From contig JBLNCN010000004.1 in assembly GCA_050260675.1 (NCBI GenBank), positions 3,211 through 67,210 of the forward strand: a DNA stretch of 64,000 bases. The letters run 5' to 3'. The DNA comes from Bacillota bacterium. GTDB lineage: Bacteria > Bacillota > Sulfobacillia > Fermentithermobacillales > Fermentithermobacillaceae. Of this stretch, positions 60,962 through 64,000 are shown piece after piece. The notes beneath the pieces are model-generated. The model did not search any database, was not told the DNA's origin, and saw only the letters and a list, made by a program, of their open reading frames with translations. Position numbers and translations under genes: made by a program. Within the stretch, counting starts at the first letter, position 1. Every line of letters begins with the position of its first letter.

Positions 60962-61465
60962 ATGAGACAACTTGGACGAATGACAACGGGACTCATTTTG
61001 ATCGGTATTGGTGTCCTGGCTCTGCTGGGGAATATCGGCCTTGGCGATATCTTTGGGGAAGCCCTAGTCGCCATCATCGGCGTGTTGTTCCTTACGCTCC
61101 GCTATATCGGCAGACAAGATTGGGCGATCTACCCAGGCGCCTTCACGACCACCGTGGGAATCGTGATATTCCTGGCGGCCCGCGGGCTGAACATGGATGT
61201 TTGGTGGCCTCTGTTCGTGGCCGCTCCCGGGGCAGCCTTCCTTCTGATCAGGCTGGACGGGGAGCACAACAGGTGGGCGGTCTATCCGGCGAGCATACTC
61301 ATCATGATTTCGGCGATCATGTTCGCCTTCTCAAGCGGGACCGTGTCGTGGCTGTACCTTGACGTCTTCGGCAAGCTTTGGCCGGTCGCGCTTATTCTAG
61401 TCGGCCTCTTGATCATCTGGAGGTCATTAGGACCGCGCAGCTCCGATCCCGCCGAACCCAGGTAA
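60962..61465 (+). CDS. LiaF/DUF5668-like membrane protein
   Basis: GLILIGIGVLALL, WWPLF, LWPVALILVG. Confidence 0.75.
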   Translation: MRQLGRMTTGLILIGIGVLALLGNIGLGDIFGEALVAIIGVLFLTLRYIGRQDWAIYPGAFTTTVGIVIFLAARGLNMDVWWPLFVAAPGAAFLLIRLDGEHNRWAVYPASILIMISAIMFAFSSGTVSWLYLDVFGKLWPVALILVGLLIIWRSLGPRSSDPAEPR

Positions 61466-61491
61466 TCCTCCTACCCCCCGGTTTCCTGTCC

Positions 61492-61523
61492 AAGGCCCCG
61501 TCCCTGAAACGGGGCCTTTTCTT
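61492..61523 (+). terminator. Intrinsic terminator
   Basis: AAGGCCCCGT-loop-ACGGGGCCTTTTCTT. Confidence 0.8.
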
Positions 61524-61643
61524 TGCTTGCAGGCCATACGGAACGCCGGAAGAGCCCGATATTACGCGATGGTCACGCCAGTCCTGTCGATCGGTACATC
61601 CTGAGTAAAAGTGACAGTGGTTGCCAATTGCACCCTATGTTTG

Positions 61644-61672
61644 GCAGGAATTCCCATTTGCCCGTCGAACTC
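61644..61672 (+). promoter_or_regulatory. Putative sigmaH promoter
   Basis: GCAGGAATT-N11-GTCGAACTC. Confidence 0.5.
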
Positions 61673-61691
61673 TGTCTTCGGAGGTGACTGG

Positions 61692-62708
61692 ATGAAAAAG
61701 AACCGGAAACGTAGTGAAAGGAAACGTGTTGGCAGGACGAGGAGCAGGATGCCTTCAGGCCCTCGAGGTGTTGCTGAGACACCCGAGGCTGAGAACCTGG
61801 TCCTGCCCGATGGCGAAGTCGTATGGGCGCTCGCAATCAAGTTGCCCGCGGTCCAGAACCTTACGGCCTTAGGATGGCACCGCTTCCTCCCACCTGAGCT
61901 GGCCGTCACGTTCGTGGGATGCGCGATAGCGGCCGCGTCAGGGTACACCGGCGATCGGTTATGGGCGGAGCTCGACGAGTTCATTGAGGGGGTCCTGCGG
62001 TTCAAGGCCGGAGAGGACACCAAGCCTATTGTCGATTTCATCGACAAGCGGTTTCGAGACTATTACGGCGAGTACGAGCGCAGCCCCATGGGGCTAGTTA
62101 AGGCCTTGATAGATCTGGGGTTAGTCGTGTTGAAGCAAGAAGAAGGCCAGGATGTCTTGGAGATACCATCCCAACTCCCCACGCCCGAGAAGCGTTTGAA
62201 CCTCTGCATGGCCGACCGCGACGAACAAGTGGTATTGAAGGCTCGCTACAGGGACGATGCCGGCCCACGGCAGAGAGTGTATTGGGACGAGGTCCCCGCC
62301 ATTAAGCGGATGATGAATGCAGGTTGGGCGCGCCACCTGCCCCCCGACATAGCCATTGCATTCATGGTTGCCGCAGCGGTCTCCGTCGGGCGCTGCACAG
62401 GAAACCTGATGTGGGAGAACATAGAAGACCTGTGGAAGGCCCACAAAGAGAACGGGACTCCCCTCATGCCCAAGAGGAAAGAGCTCGAAGTGGAAGACCG
62501 TTTTCGGGCGGAGTACGGACGGCCCTTCGTGCGGACCGCGAGAGGCGCGGTGCAGGTCTTGCTTGAGCTCGGCCTGTTAGTCCTCAAAGAAGTCGATGGC
62601 GAGGACTTTCTTGAGGTCCCCGAGGTCCTTCCGACTCCCGACATGAAGCTATATCTCACCGATGAAGAGAAAGGCCTGCTGGCAGAGCGCCTAAAGATCA
62701 CCATCTAA
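61692..62708 (+). CDS. Protein with two tandem DUF6042-like domains
   Basis: Repeated GW.R.LPP ... LxxLGL ... LE.P..LPTP; GGAGG RBS. Confidence 0.7.
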   Translation: MKKNRKRSERKRVGRTRSRMPSGPRGVAETPEAENLVLPDGEVVWALAIKLPAVQNLTALGWHRFLPPELAVTFVGCAIAAASGYTGDRLWAELDEFIEGVLRFKAGEDTKPIVDFIDKRFRDYYGEYERSPMGLVKALIDLGLVVLKQEEGQDVLEIPSQLPTPEKRLNLCMADRDEQVVLKARYRDDAGPRQRVYWDEVPAIKRMMNAGWARHLPPDIAIAFMVAAAVSVGRCTGNLMWENIEDLWKAHKENGTPLMPKRKELEVEDRFRAEYGRPFVRTARGAVQVLLELGLLVLKEVDGEDFLEVPEVLPTPDMKLYLTDEEKGLLAERLKITI

Positions 62709-62850
62709 GGACTCGTGCGCTCCGACTAATCTAGAGTAGCCCGGAAGTCCATAGGGCCCTTGTCGTCGTCTAGCAGTCACTCGGCTTTTCGCGAGCCCTC
62801 GGACTTCCGGACGTTGCCTGCATGCGGATTCGACCGCCGGCTAGGGAGCG

Positions 62851-63363
62851 CTACCGTTCTGGGCGTCCTTTCTGCCCCTTTTCCCGGTCGTTGCGGACCT
62901 GACTGTGGAAGAGCCGGTTGCGATCCTCCTCCCCACCGATCTTGACCTCGCTCCTCACAGCAGTTACTCCCCGGGCCGTTTCAGCTGCCTTCATTGCCGC
63001 CTCGACCTCAGCCGGATCGTCAGTGCGCCCCATCAGCGTCACAACACCCTTGGAGCTCCTAGCGCCAATGCGCTTGGGGTCGATCTCGGGTACGGCGTTC
63101 AGTTCCTCTGCTACTTCGAAGTCAACGTCGCTGTCGGTGATGGGTCCATCCGTAATGATCGAGATCGCGGCGTCCACGTCCTTGACCCCCTTCACGCTGC
63201 GGGCCAGTTCCTCTGCTCTCTTCTTCTCGGATAGGACGTCAACTGCCCCGTGCAACTGAGCCTGACCCTCAACCACGTCCGCCTCAAGATGGTACGACCG
63301 GAGATCCCGATCTTGGTCCAGAAGCCTCTGGATCTCCCGCCTGAGCACGTCATCCTTCTTCAT
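62851..63363 (-). CDS. BON-domain protein (two BON domains)
   Basis: DD.LRREI..L, G.V...EKKRAEELARSVKGV, GVVTLMG...ARGVTAV. Confidence 0.88.
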   Translation of the reverse strand: MKKDDVLRREIQRLLDQDRDLRSYHLEADVVEGQAQLHGAVDVLSEKKRAEELARSVKGVKDVDAAISIITDGPITDSDVDFEVAEELNAVPEIDPKRIGARSSKGVVTLMGRTDDPAEVEAAMKAAETARGVTAVRSEVKIGGEEDRNRLFHSQVRNDREKGQKGRPER

Positions 63364-63575
63364 CTATCTCCCGTACCTCCCATGATGGAGTCTTTCGAGT
63401 TGAAGGTTATCCATCTTGGAAGGAAGAATGAGTGCGGCCGCTTCGTTGCCGCGTCCTTGTCGCACCTTGCCACATCCTTGCCTTATCGTTGCTGTAACCG
63501 CTCTTCGCGCACCCCCTTCGCCCCTCACCCGTAGAATAGCGTGCTACACATGCCATTTCGTGGAGGTGGGGGAGA

Positions 63576-64000
63576 TTGTTTTTCTTGTTGCCCGAACCGG
63601 GAAAAGGCGCCCCGGCCGGAAAGCGTCCGTGGTCACGGACTGAGATACTAGGAGTAGCGCTACTTATCGCATCGATGGCCTTGCTCCTTTTCAATCCCAA
63701 GGCGATGGGGGACTTTTTCGATGCGGCCATCAACAAGGCTATGCCGATTGTGGTCGACGTCTTTCTCACCGGGTACGTAGGGTTCGCAATCATCGCCAGC
63801 GTGATGGCGGGGCGTATCCTTGAAAGGCTCGGTTTCACCGACGCGCTGCTCAGAGTGTTCATGCCCATTGCCGCGAAGATGGGCATGAACCCTGCAGTCG
63901 TAGTCCCGGGTGTGTATAACATCATCGGTGATATCAATGCTGCGGGCGTGATCGCCGGTCCGGTCACAAAGAAATCGGGCTGCACGGTCGACGAGCAGAA
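63576..64000 (+). CDS. Membrane protein (Gate/nucleoside-recognition-like), runs off window end
   Basis: Manual translation: TM segments, GRILERLGFTDALLRVF, VYNIIGDINAAG; GGAGG RBS. Not in the ORF track. Confidence 0.7.
   Translation, partial: MFFLLPEPGKGAPAGKRPWSRTEILGVALLIASMALLLFNPKAMGDFFDAAINKAMPIVVDVFLTGYVGFAIIASVMAGRILERLGFTDALLRVFMPIAAKMGMNPAVVVPGVYNIIGDINAAGVIAGPVTKKSGCTVDEQ

Noticed and set aside
63407-63985. 192-aa minus-strand ORF
   Set aside because: Shadow of the plus-strand membrane gene starting near 63576, which the track omits because it runs off the window.

Overview
Chromosomal segment of a GC-rich, endospore-forming, probably anaerobic Bacillota (inferred from spoIIE, SLH/GerMN proteins, sigmaH-like promoters and fhs). 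The minus-strand backbone follows a familiar Firmicutes order: tRNA-Met/tRNA-Lys, spoIIE, tilS, ftsH, ymfF/ymfH, hutH, hutI, fhs, panT, coaX, pgm, dusB. Accessory blocks interrupt it. (i) About 9-20.8 kb, partly AT-richer: an XRE regulator, a 1577-aa pseudokinase-ATPase-GAF-LuxR protein with a downstream palindrome, a CPBP protease, a phytoene-desaturase-like enzyme and a truncated phosphorylase. (ii) About 39.7-54.3 kb, between spoIIE and the tRNAs: copA, rsmI, two paralogous 80-aa orphans, a four-gene uncharacterised membrane operon (DUF6754-type), an ALDH, and a SAMHD1-like HD protein coupled to a YwgA/Panacea-like gene beside the tRNA-Lys 3' end. (iii) After the tRNAs: a TIM-barrel gene, an ECF sigma factor with a very acidic partner, an ABC-2 exporter with a possible leader peptide, and a tandem-duplicated DUF6042-like protein. 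I found no CRISPR array, rRNA, integrase or transposase. Best candidates for undescribed systems: the HD/YwgA pair, the DUF6754 operon, the pseudokinase-LuxR module, the acyl-ACP-reductase-like operon and the ECF/acidic-protein pair. All family assignments come from motif recognition, not database searches.
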